DNA of 64,000 nt from positions 224,001 to 288,000 of the forward strand of contig CAWJGT010000003.1 of NCBI GenBank assembly GCA_963842525.1. The letters run 5' to 3'. Below the pieces are notes generated by a model. That model did no database searches and was not told the origin of the DNA. It saw only the letters and a program-made list of their open reading frames with translations. The position numbers and the translations under genes are program-made. Shown piece after piece: positions 22,614 through 34,031 of this stretch (the stretch's first letter is position 1; each line of letters starts with the position of its first letter). Source of the DNA: an uncultured Holophagales bacterium. Its GTDB lineage: Bacteria; Acidobacteriota; Thermoanaerobaculia; Multivoradales; UBA5704.

Positions 22614-23612
22614 CTAAGACGGCGGCCGGGAGCCGGGCGGGGCGACGGCGAGGATCTTCTCGATCTTCTTCGGGTCATCCGGCAGCAGGCCCGAGGCGGG
22701 AAGGCGGGGGACCAGCCGGGCCCAGCGCTCCTCGCGGGCGAAGACGTCGCGGAAGATGGCAAGGGCCTTGTCCTCCTGACCGGCCACAAAGAGCGCTACC
22801 GCCTGCCAGAAGGGGAGCTCGGCGATCTCCGGGGCGAGCTCGCTGGCTTTCGTATAGTGCCGCAGCGCCGCCGGGAAGTCGTTTTTCGCCACCGCCTCAT
22901 CCCCCTGGTTCATCTCCTCGTAGGCGCGGTGCAGCGCAAGCAGCCGCCGCAGCTCCACCAGCGGCTGCGGGTTGTCGTCCACCCGCAGGTCGACCAGCTT
23001 GTCGCGCCACGGCTCGCCGGTCGGCTGGGCGCGGACGATGAGCAGCGCCGCGCTCTGCCGGCCGCGGATGTCGCCGCCCTCGGCCTCGGCGGCGTCCAGC
23101 GCCGCCAGCATGCGGTCGGCGAGGTCCCCCTTGGCGCTCTCGAAGGCGCGGGCCATGGCCGGCCAGACGGTCGGCTTGTCCATCAGGTTCGCCTGCACCG
23201 AGTACGCGGCCCCGGTCTGGTGCCCGGCGGCGTGGATGCACTTGGGGCCGGTCCAGGCCGCGACCCGCCCCTGGCGGTCCACCATGGCGACCTGCCGCAC
23301 GTCCTTCTCGGGGTCTTTGGCGAGCAGGGCGTCCAGCGCCTCCTGCGCCGATTTCCCCTCTTTCATCAGCTTCAGGCCGAGCGGCCCGTAGTCGATGCGG
23401 ACGAACGACTGCGTGGCGACCGCCCCCACGCCCGCCTCGGCCCACGGCACGGTCGGCCCGACCTGGAACCAGTGGCTCTGCACCGCGACGCCGAAGTCGC
23501 CCGTCGCCGGGTCGCGGGCCACGATCGAGTAGGTGTGCGCCAGGGGATCACGCGCCAGCAGGGGGAGCGGCAGGAAGGCGGCGGCCAGACAGAGGACGGT
23601 GAGACGCGTCAT
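22614..23612 (-). CDS. DUF1028 (Ntn-hydrolase-like) protein with C-terminal TPR
   Basis: Signal peptide then HTYSIVARDPATGDFGVAVQS, GVGAVATQS, GGDIRGRQSAAL, DLRVDD. Confidence 0.88.
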   Translation of the reverse strand: MTRLTVLCLAAAFLPLPLLARDPLAHTYSIVARDPATGDFGVAVQSHWFQVGPTVPWAEAGVGAVATQSFVRIDYGPLGLKLMKEGKSAQEALDALLAKDPEKDVRQVAMVDRQGRVAAWTGPKCIHAAGHQTGAAYSVQANLMDKPTVWPAMARAFESAKGDLADRMLAALDAAEAEGGDIRGRQSAALLIVRAQPTGEPWRDKLVDLRVDDNPQPLVELRRLLALHRAYEEMNQGDEAVAKNDFPAALRHYTKASELAPEIAELPFWQAVALFVAGQEDKALAIFRDVFAREERWARLVPRLPASGLLPDDPKKIEKILAVAPPGSRPPS

Positions 23613-23767
23613 CGGGACCTCCTGTTGGACTGCCGGGGAGCGTCGCAGAAAACCCGCCCCGAGGCAATGTACGCAAAAAGCCCTTCCCTCAGCCTCCCGG
23701 GTGACATATCATGCTTGGACTCCGGAACAAGTTGTTGACGGTTCCGTCAAGAAACGCCAACGTACCC

Positions 23768-25506
23768 ATGCAGAGTCTTGCCGACAGAGCGCTCTTTCCG
23801 GCGGTCCGGACGGGCGCGAGCAGGACGCTCCGGGGAGGAGCCTTCCTGGTGCCTCTCGCGCTGGGCGGGGCCTGCACGGCCGCGACGCTGCTGCTCTGGC
23901 GGGAGCTGGGCGCGGAACGGACCGCCTCGGGGCTGAGCTCGCCGTTCCCGGAGTCGGTGCTGGTCTCGGGGCTCCTCGTCTCCTGGCTGCTGGCCCTCTC
24001 GGTCTGGCTGCTGCAGCTCGCCCGTGCCCAGACCCGGGCCGAAGAGGTGGCCCGGCGGGAGCTCGAAGCGCAGATCGCCGAGCGCACCCAGGCCGAGAAG
24101 CGCTACCGGACGCTCTTCGAGCGCAACCCGGCCGGGATGTACCGCAGCACGGTCGAGGGACGGATGCTCGACTGCAACGACGCCTTCGTGCGCATGTTCG
24201 GCTACCCGGACCGCGAGACCCTCCTCGGCCTGCCCGTCTCGGCGCTCTACCATGACCCGGCGGACCGCGCCCGTCTTCTCGACCACTTTTTCCAGGGGGA
24301 GTCGCCGCAGAACGTCGAGGTGCAGCTCCGGCGTTACGACGGCGAGCCGTTCTGGGGGCTGCTGTGCGGTCCGGGCGGCGCGGTCCGGCCGTACCAGGAC
24401 CTCGACGGCGTCGCCGTGATCGAGGGGGCGATCCTCGACATCACCGACCGGAAACGGGCGGAGGAGGCGCTGCGCGAGCGTGAGCACGACCTCGTCCTGC
24501 TCGGCGAGCTCGGGGGGCTGCTCCAGACCTGCGACTCGGTCCAGGAGTCCTACGTCGTCATGTCGCGCCAGGGGAGGAAGCTCTTCCCCCACCTGCACGG
24601 GGCCGTCTACCTGATCAGCCCGTCGCGGACCGATCTCGACCTGGTGGCCTCCTGGGGGGATGCACCGTCCCTGCCCGGCGAAGGCCTCTTCCGTCCGGAG
24701 GACTGCTGGGGCCTCCGCCTGGGGCGGGAACACCTGGTGAGCGATCCGTCGCGGGACCTGGTCTGCCGCCACCTCGGGGCCACGCCGCCTGTCTCCTCCC
24801 TGTGCCTGCCGCTGGTCGCCCTCGGCGAGACCCTGGGCGTGCTCGTGCTGCGGACCGGGGAGCGGCCCGGCGCCGCCGAGGGCCTCGGCCGCGCGCGCTG
24901 CCAGCTCGCCGCCGCGGTGTCCGAGCAGCTCGCCATGGCCGTCGCCAACCTGCGGCTGCGCGAGACCCTGCGCCACCAGTCGATCCGCGACGCCCTGACA
25001 GGGCTGTACAACCGGCGCTTCTTCCAGGACTCCCTCGATCGGGAGCTCCGGCGGGTGCGGCGGCGGGGGGCCACCCTCGGGCTCCTGATGATCGACGTCG
25101 ACGACTTCAAGGTCTACAACGACACCTACGGCCACGAGGCCGGCGACCTCCTCCTGCGCCTGCTGGGCGATCTGCTGCGGCGGCGGGTGCGCAGCGAGGA
25201 CATCGCCTGCCGCTACGGCGGCGAGGAGTTTGCCCTGATCCTGCCCGAGGCTTCGCTGGAGACCACCCGGATGCGGGCCGAGGAGCTGCGCGAGGAGGTC
25301 AAGCGGCTCCGTCCCGTCTACCAGGACGGCCCGCTGGGCGGCATCACCGTGTCGATCGGGGTGTCCGCCTACCCGGAGCACGGGCCCCTGGGCGACGACA
25401 TCGTGCGCGCGGCCGATACGGCGCTCTACCACTCCAAGGCCTATGGCAGGGACTGCGTCTCGCTGGCAACCGTCTCCCCGCCCGACCGCCGCCTCATGAT
25501 CCCCGA

Positions 25507-25510
<4 letters not shown>
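23768..25510 (+). CDS. Membrane-bound PAS-GAF-GGDEF diguanylate cyclase
   Basis: Two TM helices, PAS (YRTLFERNP..DITDRK), GAF, DALTGLYNRR, RYGGEEF with RxxD I-site (RSED); start could be 23711 or 23768. Confidence 0.9.
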
Positions 25511-26994
<1,484 letters not shown>

Positions 26995-27028
26995 GATCTC
27001 AATCCGGTATGATTTCTGGCGGAGCTCC

Positions 27029-27634
27029 ATGTTCCTCCAGGACATAAGAAACGGCCGCGGCGACACCCCCAAGCTCGACGAGGAGCTCCAGCGCCTCTTC
27101 GACCGGTACTTCCGTTCCATCGTCCATTTCTTCCTGAACCGGGGTCTCGCGCGGGAAGAGGCGCTCGATCTCACCCAGGAGACGTTTCTTCGGGTCTATA
27201 GAAGCCTGCAGGGGTTCCGCGGGGAGGCCGGCGTCCAGACCTGGCTCTTCCGGATCGCGACGAACCTCTGGAACAATGAGGTGCGCCGGCGGAAGGCCGA
27301 GAAGCGGGAGGGATGGGAGGTCTCGCTCGAAGGTGTGGTCGAGGGAGGGCATCCCGTCCGGGCGGACCGCCACTTCGACGGCTGGTCGGAGCCTGCCGGT
27401 CCGCTCGATTCGATGCTGGACGACGAGCGGCGGCAGATGTTGCGCGAGTCCCTGGACGAGCTTCCCCCGCAGATGCGGCGCTGCGTCCTGCTGCGCATCG
27501 ACCAGAACCTGAAGTACCGCGAGATCGCCGGCGTGATGCAGGTCTCGATCGAGACGGTGAAGTCCCAGCTCTCCCAGGCCCGGGACCGGCTGGAGCGGAA
27601 GCTGGGCAGTTATTTCGATCCTGTGGACGTCTGA
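27029..27634 (+). CDS. ECF sigma-70 factor
   Basis: DLTQETFLRVY, TWLFRIATN, region 4 YREIAGVMQVSIETVKSQLSQAR. Confidence 0.92.
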   Translation: MFLQDIRNGRGDTPKLDEELQRLFDRYFRSIVHFFLNRGLAREEALDLTQETFLRVYRSLQGFRGEAGVQTWLFRIATNLWNNEVRRRKAEKREGWEVSLEGVVEGGHPVRADRHFDGWSEPAGPLDSMLDDERRQMLRESLDELPPQMRRCVLLRIDQNLKYREIAGVMQVSIETVKSQLSQARDRLERKLGSYFDPVDV

Positions 27635-27649
27635 AGTGACCGAGGTGTT

Positions 27650-28417
27650 GTGGTGGACAACGAGAAGGACCTGAAGATCGGCGTCCGCGCCCTGGCGGCG
27701 GAGGCGCGGCGCAGCCTGGAGCACCCTCTCCCTGAGGAGCTGCTCGACTACCAGGCGGGCGACCTGCGGGAGGCGGAGAGGGAGCGCATCCAGGAGCACC
27801 TGGCCCTCTGCCCGGGCTGCGTGCGGGCGCTGCTGGATCTCGAAGCCTTTCCCGATGTCGAGCCCGTCCGGCCCGAGGACCGGCTTACCGACGCCGAGCT
27901 GTCCCACGAGTGGCAGCGGTTCCGGCAGGCCGTGGCGCCGCTTCCCGCCGCGGAGAGGCCCCGCGTCTCGCATCCCGTTCTCGCTCTCGCGGCGGTCCTG
28001 CTGCTCGCGGTCGTGGGCCTCTCCTTCTGGGTCCTGCGATTGCGGGGCGAGGTGCGCGATCTGTCCGCCCCTCAGGCCGGCATCCTGGTCGCCGATCTGG
28101 TTCCGCGGGATGAGGCGGTCGAGCGGGCAGAGGGCGATGGAGAGGTGGTCCGCGTGCCGGGTTGGGCGGACCGCGTCGTCCTGATCCTCAACCTGGCCGA
28201 TCCCGTGACCCATCCCGCGTACCGGGTGGAGATCGCGCAGGACGGCCGGGAGGTCTGGCGCCGCGCGGGGATCCGGCGTAGCGCGGACGGCACCTTCGCT
28301 CTGGAGGTTCCACGGCGGCTCCTGCCCGCGGGCCGGTACCGCATCCGGCTCTTCGGGATCGAGGGCGGCGCCGAGCTGCCGGTGGCGGAGTACCGGGTCC
28401 GGATCGAGCCCGTGTAG
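27650..28417 (+). CDS. zf-HC2 zinc-finger anti-sigma factor, membrane anchored
   Basis: HLALCPGC motif, TM ALAAVLLLAVVGLSFWVL, follows ECF sigma. Confidence 0.85.
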   Translation: MVDNEKDLKIGVRALAAEARRSLEHPLPEELLDYQAGDLREAERERIQEHLALCPGCVRALLDLEAFPDVEPVRPEDRLTDAELSHEWQRFRQAVAPLPAAERPRVSHPVLALAAVLLLAVVGLSFWVLRLRGEVRDLSAPQAGILVADLVPRDEAVERAEGDGEVVRVPGWADRVVLILNLADPVTHPAYRVEIAQDGREVWRRAGIRRSADGTFALEVPRRLLPAGRYRIRLFGIEGGAELPVAEYRVRIEPV

Positions 28418-28419
28418 CG

Positions 28420-28800
28420 TACCCACACCTGTTTCTGCCTGTTCCTGGCCACCTTCTGAGCCGGCTGCGCCGATTTCTGAGCTTCCTGCACCGCGGCGCA
28501 GCCGACCTGCGCCATGGCGTGCGCTGGCCCGCCGAGGTGCAGGCGGACTACGCCGAGGCAGGGCCCACCTGCACCGTGGCGCAGGCCGATCCCACCGTGG
28601 CGTAGGCCGACCCCACCATGGCGCAGGTCACCTGCGCCGCGGCGCGGGTGCTCCCGCCACGGTGGGGCCCACCTACGCCACGACGGAGTCGACCCCCACC
28701 GTGGCGCAGGTGGCCCCCGTTTCGGCGCAGAACGTCCACAAAACAGCCAGGAAGCCCCCAGAATCGGCCGGCGCAGCCCCCGAACCGGTGCAGCTCGAAG
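28420..28800. repeat. Degenerate 21-nt-period array with inverted-repeat ends
   Basis: Units such as acctgcaccgtggcgcaggcc / gatcccaccgtggcgtaggcc / gaccccaccatggcgcaggtc. Confidence 0.65.
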
Positions 28801-28858
28801 ACTTTACGGCGCAGAAAGCCCCTGAGCTCGCCCGGCTGGCCGCCGACCCGGTGCAGCC

Positions 28859-29392
28859 CTATCCGCCCGACTCTGTGGACACCTCCGAATACATGGCGTC
28901 CAGTCCCACCCCGGCCAGCTCCAGCGCTACCCCGCCCGCCGCGGCCAACAGCAGCTTCAGCGACTCCGGCGACCGCGCCAGGCAGAGCGCCAGGTGCAGA
29001 CCAGGCGGAATGTCGTCGTTGAACAGCTCCAGGTGCGCCACGACCCCACACCAGTCGCCCCGGCTCTCGATGGCATAGCCGAGGAGGTCCGGCTCGGACC
29101 GCAGCCGGAAGGCCCGGTCGCGGCCCGTGGCCGGCAGGATCGCCGCCATGAGCCGCGCCAGCCACAGCGTCTTGCGCACCGCCACCGGCCGAAAGCCGCG
29201 AGTATAGCTCTCACCCGGCCGGAACAGCCCGTACCCGTGCTCCAGATGCTCTTCGATGTGCCACGGACCGGCCACCTCGGCTTCGGCTGCGAACGGCGGC
29301 TCGTCCTGCTCGCCAACTTTCTCAAGAAAGGAAGGATGAAACGCGTTGCGGGGGGAGGGAACCTCTTTGCTACTATCGGTGTAGCCACGCAT
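28859..29392 (-). CDS. Hypothetical protein (177 aa)
   Basis: ATG-started ORF with ordinary globular composition and an upstream non-coding region; no recognisable family. Confidence 0.55.
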   Translation of the reverse strand: MRGYTDSSKEVPSPRNAFHPSFLEKVGEQDEPPFAAEAEVAGPWHIEEHLEHGYGLFRPGESYTRGFRPVAVRKTLWLARLMAAILPATGRDRAFRLRSEPDLLGYAIESRGDWCGVVAHLELFNDDIPPGLHLALCLARSPESLKLLLAAAGGVALELAGVGLDAMYSEVSTESGG

Positions 29393-29803
29393 GGGACTAG
29401 CTCGCCTTTGCGTTGGTCAGGCTCGGGGTGAGGGGCCAACCTCGCTCGGGCCGTCTGTTTGGGATTTTCCTCGAAACGGACAGCGACAACGGGGGTTGCC
29501 GGTTTCGTTCGTCTGGGAGAAGCACCTCCTTTCCGGGAACGTTCCTGCCGAATTACCGCCAGTCTACCGCATCGGTTGCGCTTGTCAATACCCCGGGAAG
29601 GCCTTGCTGGTAGCGCCGGGCGATCCATTTCATGCCGACCGCCATCTGTGCCACCTCTTGCGCGCGCCCGACGGCGACGTGGAACGTCGACCTGAGCACG
29701 CGGCGAGCCGCGCCTGGGCCTCGTCGGCCCGTCTTCGTTCGGCGGCGAGCTCCCGCTCGGCCTACTGCCGGACGACGAGGATGGCCCTGGCGTTCTGAAG
29801 CGC

Positions 29804-29940
29804 GCGCGGACGGCACCTTTGCCCTGGAAATCCCGCGGCAGCTCCTGCCTGCGGGGAGCTACCGGATCCGCCTCTCCTGCCTGCGGGGAGGTGCCGAAGT
29901 GCCGGTGGCGAAGTACGCGGTCCGGATCGAGCCCGAGTAG
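29804..29940 (+). repeat. Diverged 137-bp duplicate of the anti-sigma gene 3' end (28281-28417)
   Basis: Colinear copy ADGTFALEIPRQLLPAGSYRIRL..VRIEPE* versus ADGTFALEVPRRLLPAGRYRIRL..VRIEPV*. Confidence 0.9.
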
Positions 29941-29985
29941 AGCAGGACTCCGTCAAAGTCGGTGGATGTCCGCTGCTCCTATGCC

Positions 29986-30717
29986 TCAGCCGCCGGAGCG
30001 CCCTTCGAGCTCGCGCCGGAGCCGCTGCAACTCCTCTTCAAGGGCGCGCCGGGCCGTGGCCTCTCCGGCGGCTCGTGCTTCCGCGGCCTGAGCCTGCGAT
30101 TCCGCAGCTTGGCGCGCCTCGGCTTCTGCGGCTCGGGCCGCTTCGAGCTCATCGTCCCACAGGAGGGGCTCGCCCGTGGCGGTGTCGACCAGCCGCAGAC
30201 GATTGCCCTCGGGCCGCAGCGTCAGGCCCGTCGTCCGGCTGAGCAGCGAGCCGTCGAGATGCCGCGGGATCGGCTGATAGAGCCCGTTCTTGAGGCAAAG
30301 GCCTTGCAGCCGGGGCCGCAGGTATTCCTCATAGGGATCGAAAAGAAAGTACTCTTCAACCCCGATCTCCTGGTAGATCCTCTTCTTCTTGGTCTGGTCC
30401 TTCGACGCGGTCTTGCGGGACGTGACCTCGATCACCAGGCTCGGGGGACACTCTTCCCAGAGCAGGTAGTTCGGCCGTGGCCATTTCTCCACTCCCTTGG
30501 CCAGCAGCACGTCCGGGGCAATGGCCGCCTTCGGGTCGCCCTGTCGATAGCAGAGGAACAGATTGCCTCCCACCCACACGTCCGGCACGGTGGCATACCG
30601 GCGCTTCAGCGCGCCAATGCTGTCCGTCATCACCTCGCGGTGCAGCGTGGTCTCGGCCATGGGCTGGCCGTCGGAGGTGGGATACTCGATCGCCTTCTCG
30701 AGTGGAATCGCGGCCAT
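29986..30717 (-). CDS. Uma2 (DUF820) family PD-(D/E)xK endonuclease-like protein
   Basis: YPTSDGQPMAET, APDVL, PSLVIEVTS, GVEEYFLFDP, coiled-coil tail. Confidence 0.9.
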   Translation of the reverse strand: MAAIPLEKAIEYPTSDGQPMAETTLHREVMTDSIGALKRRYATVPDVWVGGNLFLCYRQGDPKAAIAPDVLLAKGVEKWPRPNYLLWEECPPSLVIEVTSRKTASKDQTKKKRIYQEIGVEEYFLFDPYEEYLRPRLQGLCLKNGLYQPIPRHLDGSLLSRTTGLTLRPEGNRLRLVDTATGEPLLWDDELEAARAAEAEARQAAESQAQAAEARAAGEATARRALEEELQRLRRELEGRSGG

Positions 30718-30939
30718 GGGTGCCTTCCTTTCCCCGACGGGTTGCAGCATCAGAGCACAACACCCTCCGGGGCGCAACGTCTCGCTGTTTCAGGGTAGCA
30801 CGGCAGGGCGTGGAAATGAACCCTCACTAATGGGGGTGAAACACCCTCTTGGGAAGCCTCCAAGAACCCCATGTGCGCGTCCGGCCGCCCCTGGCGGTGG
30901 GCCGTCCGGCTTGTTACGATGGGCTGAACAGGTGCCCAG

Positions 30940-33792
30940 ATGAGCCGGCCCTCGCCTTCACTGGCTGCCGCCTTGACGGTGCTCGCCGTCCTGTCCGTCC
31001 TCCTTGCGGTGGCGGTCCCGCAACCCCGTACGAGCCGGGGCGGTGCGGTCCACTCCTACGGCATCCTCCTGCGTGCCGGAGAGTTCCTCCACGTCGCCGT
31101 CGACCAGCTCGGGGTCGACCTGACCGCCTCTCTCGTCGATCCGGCGGGACGGGAGATCCTCACCGTGGACAGCCCGACCGGCGACCGGGGACCGGAGTCG
31201 CTCGTTGTGATCGCCCGCCGGCCGGGGACCCACGTCCTCGAAGTCCGTGCCCTGGAGGCCGGGGATGCAGGACGCTACGCCGTGCGGATCGTGGCGCGGC
31301 GTCCTGCCACTGGCCTGGACCGGAGCCGGGCGGAGGCGGCGAGGCTCTACGGGATCGGCGAGCGCAGGCGCATCGCGGGGGGCACCGCATCTCTGCGGTC
31401 AGCACGCGATGCCTACGAGGCGGCGCTCGGTAGATGGCGCCGTCTCGGAGACCTTGCCCAGGAGACCGTGGCGCTGCGGCGGATTGCCGAGGCCGATTTC
31501 GTGCTGGGGGACCTGCGAGCCGCCCGGGATCACCGGCAGCAGGCCCTCGGCCTCTGCCGCCGTCTGGGCGACGCGCGCCAGGAGGCCGCAGTCCTCCTCG
31601 ATCTGGGGGTCGCCCAGCGCCTGCTCGGGGACCTGCGCTCGGCGGAGGCCTCCTACGAGCTGGCCCTCCACATCGCCCGCGAGCTCGGCGACCGCTCGAC
31701 CGAGGCCTGGGCCTTCAACAACCTCGGGAAGCTCTACGACAACGGGTCGGAGCCCCAGAAGGCGCTGGACGCTTATGAGAGGGCCCTGGCGCTCTGGCGG
31801 GACCTGGGCGACCGCTCCCGCGAGGCTACGGCCTTGCACAACCTCGCAACGGTCTACAGCCTGATGGGGCGCCTGCCCGAGGCGCTCGACCTCCTCGGGC
31901 AGGAGCTGTCGCTGCGGCGGGCTGTGCAGGACTCGCGGGGCGAGGCCGCCACGTTGATGTCCATCGGCTGGGTCCACACCCTGGCAGGCGATCCGCAGCG
32001 GGCGATGCCTCTCTACGACGAGGCGATCCGCCGCTATCGCGGGCTGGGCGATCTGCGGGGCTTGGCCGCGGTCCTCGACCGGCGCGGCACCGCCCTGGCC
32101 CGGCTCGGCAGGTTGCCGGACGCCCTGGCCTCCTACCGCCGGGCTCTCGCCATCTTCCGGTCCACCGGCGAGCCCGGGAGCGAGGCTCACACCCTGGCCA
32201 ACGTGGGGTGGATCCACGACGCGCTCGGCGATCCGCGGGCCGCCCTGGCCTGCCAGGAGCGGGCCCTCGGGCTGTTCCGCCGCCTGGGCGACCGCCATGC
32301 CGAGGCGGAGACCCTGCTGGCCGTGGCGCGGGCCGAGCGCCGGCGCGGCCGCCTGGACCCGGCGCGCTCCCGCATCGAGGAGGCGCTCCGGCTCCTGGAA
32401 GCCCTGCGCGGCGAGCCGCGCAGCCCGGAGCTGCGCACCTCGTATGTCGCCGTCCGCTACGACTTCTTCGAGCTTGCCATCGACCTCCTCATGGACCTCC
32501 ACCGGCGCGATCCGCGGCAGGGCTTCGACGCCCGGGCCTTCGAGGTCAGCGAGCGCGCCCGGGCACGCAGCCTGATGGAGGAGATGGCCGCGGCGCGCTC
32601 GCGGCAGCAACCCGGCGCGGACGATCACCCAGCGCCGGAGCCGCTCCGTCTGGAGGGGGTCCAGAGCCTCCTCGATCCGGACACGCTCCTCCTGGAGATC
32701 GCGCTCGGCGAGCCGGCGAGCCATCTGTGGCTCGTGAGCCGGGACGGTCTGATCTCCCGGCGGCTCCCCGGCCGGGCGGCCCTGGAGGCGCAGGCGCAAA
32801 GGGTCCGCGATCTGCTGCCGCGCAGCCACCGCCGGGGCGTCCGCCGGCAGGCCGACCTGGAGGCCGCCGCCCTCGGGCGGACCCTGCTCGGACCGGTGGT
32901 CGACCAGATCGGGAGCCGCCGCCTGGTGATCGTGGCCGACGGTGCCCTCCTGGGTGTCCCCTTCGCCGCCCTGCCCATTCCCGACGGACCGGCGGCCGGC
33001 CGGCCGCTCCTGGCCGACCATGAGGTGGTCCAGCTTCCCTCCGCCTCCGTGCTCGGCCTCCTGCGCCGCCAGATGGCGAGCCGCCGGCCGCCGCCCCGCA
33101 CCCTCGCGGTGGTGGCGGACCCGGTCTTCACCGCGGACGACCCGCGCCTGCGGCGAGGCGACGTCCGGCTTGCCGCCCTGCCGGCTCTCGCGCGGCTTCC
33201 CTTCGCCGGCAGAGAGGCGGAAGCGCTCCTGCGCCTGGTGCCGGCCGAGGACCGGCTTGCCGCGCTCGGCTTCGCCGCCAGCCGGGAGACCGTGCTGGGC
33301 GGGGGGCTGGCCGATTACCGCATCGTCCACTTCGCCACCCACGCCTTCCTCGATGCCGGGCACCCCGAGCTGTCGGGGCTCGCCCTCTCCCGCTTCGACC
33401 CGGGCGGACGGCCGCGGGAAGGCGATCTGCGCGCCTGGGAGATCTACGGCCTCGATCTGCCGGCCGACCTGGTGGTGCTGAGCGCCTGCCGCACGGCGCT
33501 GGGCCGCCACGTGCCCGGCGAGGGCCTGATGGGCCTCACCCGCGCCTTCCTCCATGCCGGCGCCGGCCGCGTTCTGGTGAGCCTCTGGAACGTCAACGAC
33601 GAGGCCACGGCCGAGCTGATGAGTCACTTCTACCGCAACCTGCTGGAGCGCGGTGTCCGCGGCGTCCGCGGTGTCCGCGGCGTCCCGGCCGGCCGCGCCC
33701 TGCGCGAGGCCCAGCTCGCGCTGCGCAGCGATCCCCGTTGGGAGGCGCCCTACTACTGGGCGGGCTTCACGCTGCAGGGAGATTGGAGGTGA
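30940..33792 (+). CDS. TPR + CHAT (caspase-like) protease with N-terminal signal/PPC-like domain
   Basis: Many TPRs (EAWAFNNLG, EATALHNLA); CHAT VHFATH, LVVLSACRT, SLWNVND, PYYWAGF. Confidence 0.92.
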   Translation: MSRPSPSLAAALTVLAVLSVLLAVAVPQPRTSRGGAVHSYGILLRAGEFLHVAVDQLGVDLTASLVDPAGREILTVDSPTGDRGPESLVVIARRPGTHVLEVRALEAGDAGRYAVRIVARRPATGLDRSRAEAARLYGIGERRRIAGGTASLRSARDAYEAALGRWRRLGDLAQETVALRRIAEADFVLGDLRAARDHRQQALGLCRRLGDARQEAAVLLDLGVAQRLLGDLRSAEASYELALHIARELGDRSTEAWAFNNLGKLYDNGSEPQKALDAYERALALWRDLGDRSREATALHNLATVYSLMGRLPEALDLLGQELSLRRAVQDSRGEAATLMSIGWVHTLAGDPQRAMPLYDEAIRRYRGLGDLRGLAAVLDRRGTALARLGRLPDALASYRRALAIFRSTGEPGSEAHTLANVGWIHDALGDPRAALACQERALGLFRRLGDRHAEAETLLAVARAERRRGRLDPARSRIEEALRLLEALRGEPRSPELRTSYVAVRYDFFELAIDLLMDLHRRDPRQGFDARAFEVSERARARSLMEEMAAARSRQQPGADDHPAPEPLRLEGVQSLLDPDTLLLEIALGEPASHLWLVSRDGLISRRLPGRAALEAQAQRVRDLLPRSHRRGVRRQADLEAAALGRTLLGPVVDQIGSRRLVIVADGALLGVPFAALPIPDGPAAGRPLLADHEVVQLPSASVLGLLRRQMASRRPPPRTLAVVADPVFTADDPRLRRGDVRLAALPALARLPFAGREAEALLRLVPAEDRLAALGFAASRETVLGGGLADYRIVHFATHAFLDAGHPELSGLALSRFDPGGRPREGDLRAWEIYGLDLPADLVVLSACRTALGRHVPGEGLMGLTRAFLHAGAGRVLVSLWNVNDEATAELMSHFYRNLLERGVRGVRGVRGVPAGRALREAQLALRSDPRWEAPYYWAGFTLQGDWR

Positions 33793-33872
33793 TCTGAACA
33801 AATCGCCCTTCCGCCGGGTCACTAGGGCCTGGACAGAGACGAACGAGATCGGCAACCGCCAAAGGAGGCAAG

Positions 33873-34007
33873 ATGAACCGCGAAGCATTCGGCCCCAACG
33901 TGCTCGGACCCGTCCATGAGTCCACTCCTCCGCCCGATGAGAACGACGGTTCCAAGACCGGTCGAGAGGTCCCGCCTGCCACGCCGCCGAAGCCTGGGCG
34001 GAGCTGA
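33873..34007 (+). CDS. Small Pro-rich ORF (44 aa) between CHAT and caspase genes
   Basis: Strong RBS AAAGGAGG; MNREAFGPNVLGPVHESTPPPDENDGSKTGREVPPATPPKPGRS*; below ORF-track cutoff. Confidence 0.5.
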   Translation: MNREAFGPNVLGPVHESTPPPDENDGSKTGREVPPATPPKPGRS

Positions 34008-34031
34008 TCCGGGCCTCTGGAGGAACCAACC

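Noticed and set aside
28281-29940. Diversity-generating retroelement TR/VR pair
   Set aside because: Mismatches are not adenine-specific, many are synonymous, and there is no reverse transcriptase in the window
29986-30717. Uma2 gene as mobile-element nuclease or part of the protease system
   Set aside because: Family is commonly multicopy and scattered; no terminal repeats or coupling seen
33652-33684. GVRGVRGV 9-bp tandem repeat in the CHAT gene
   Set aside because: Short in-frame slippage in a loop; no evidence of function
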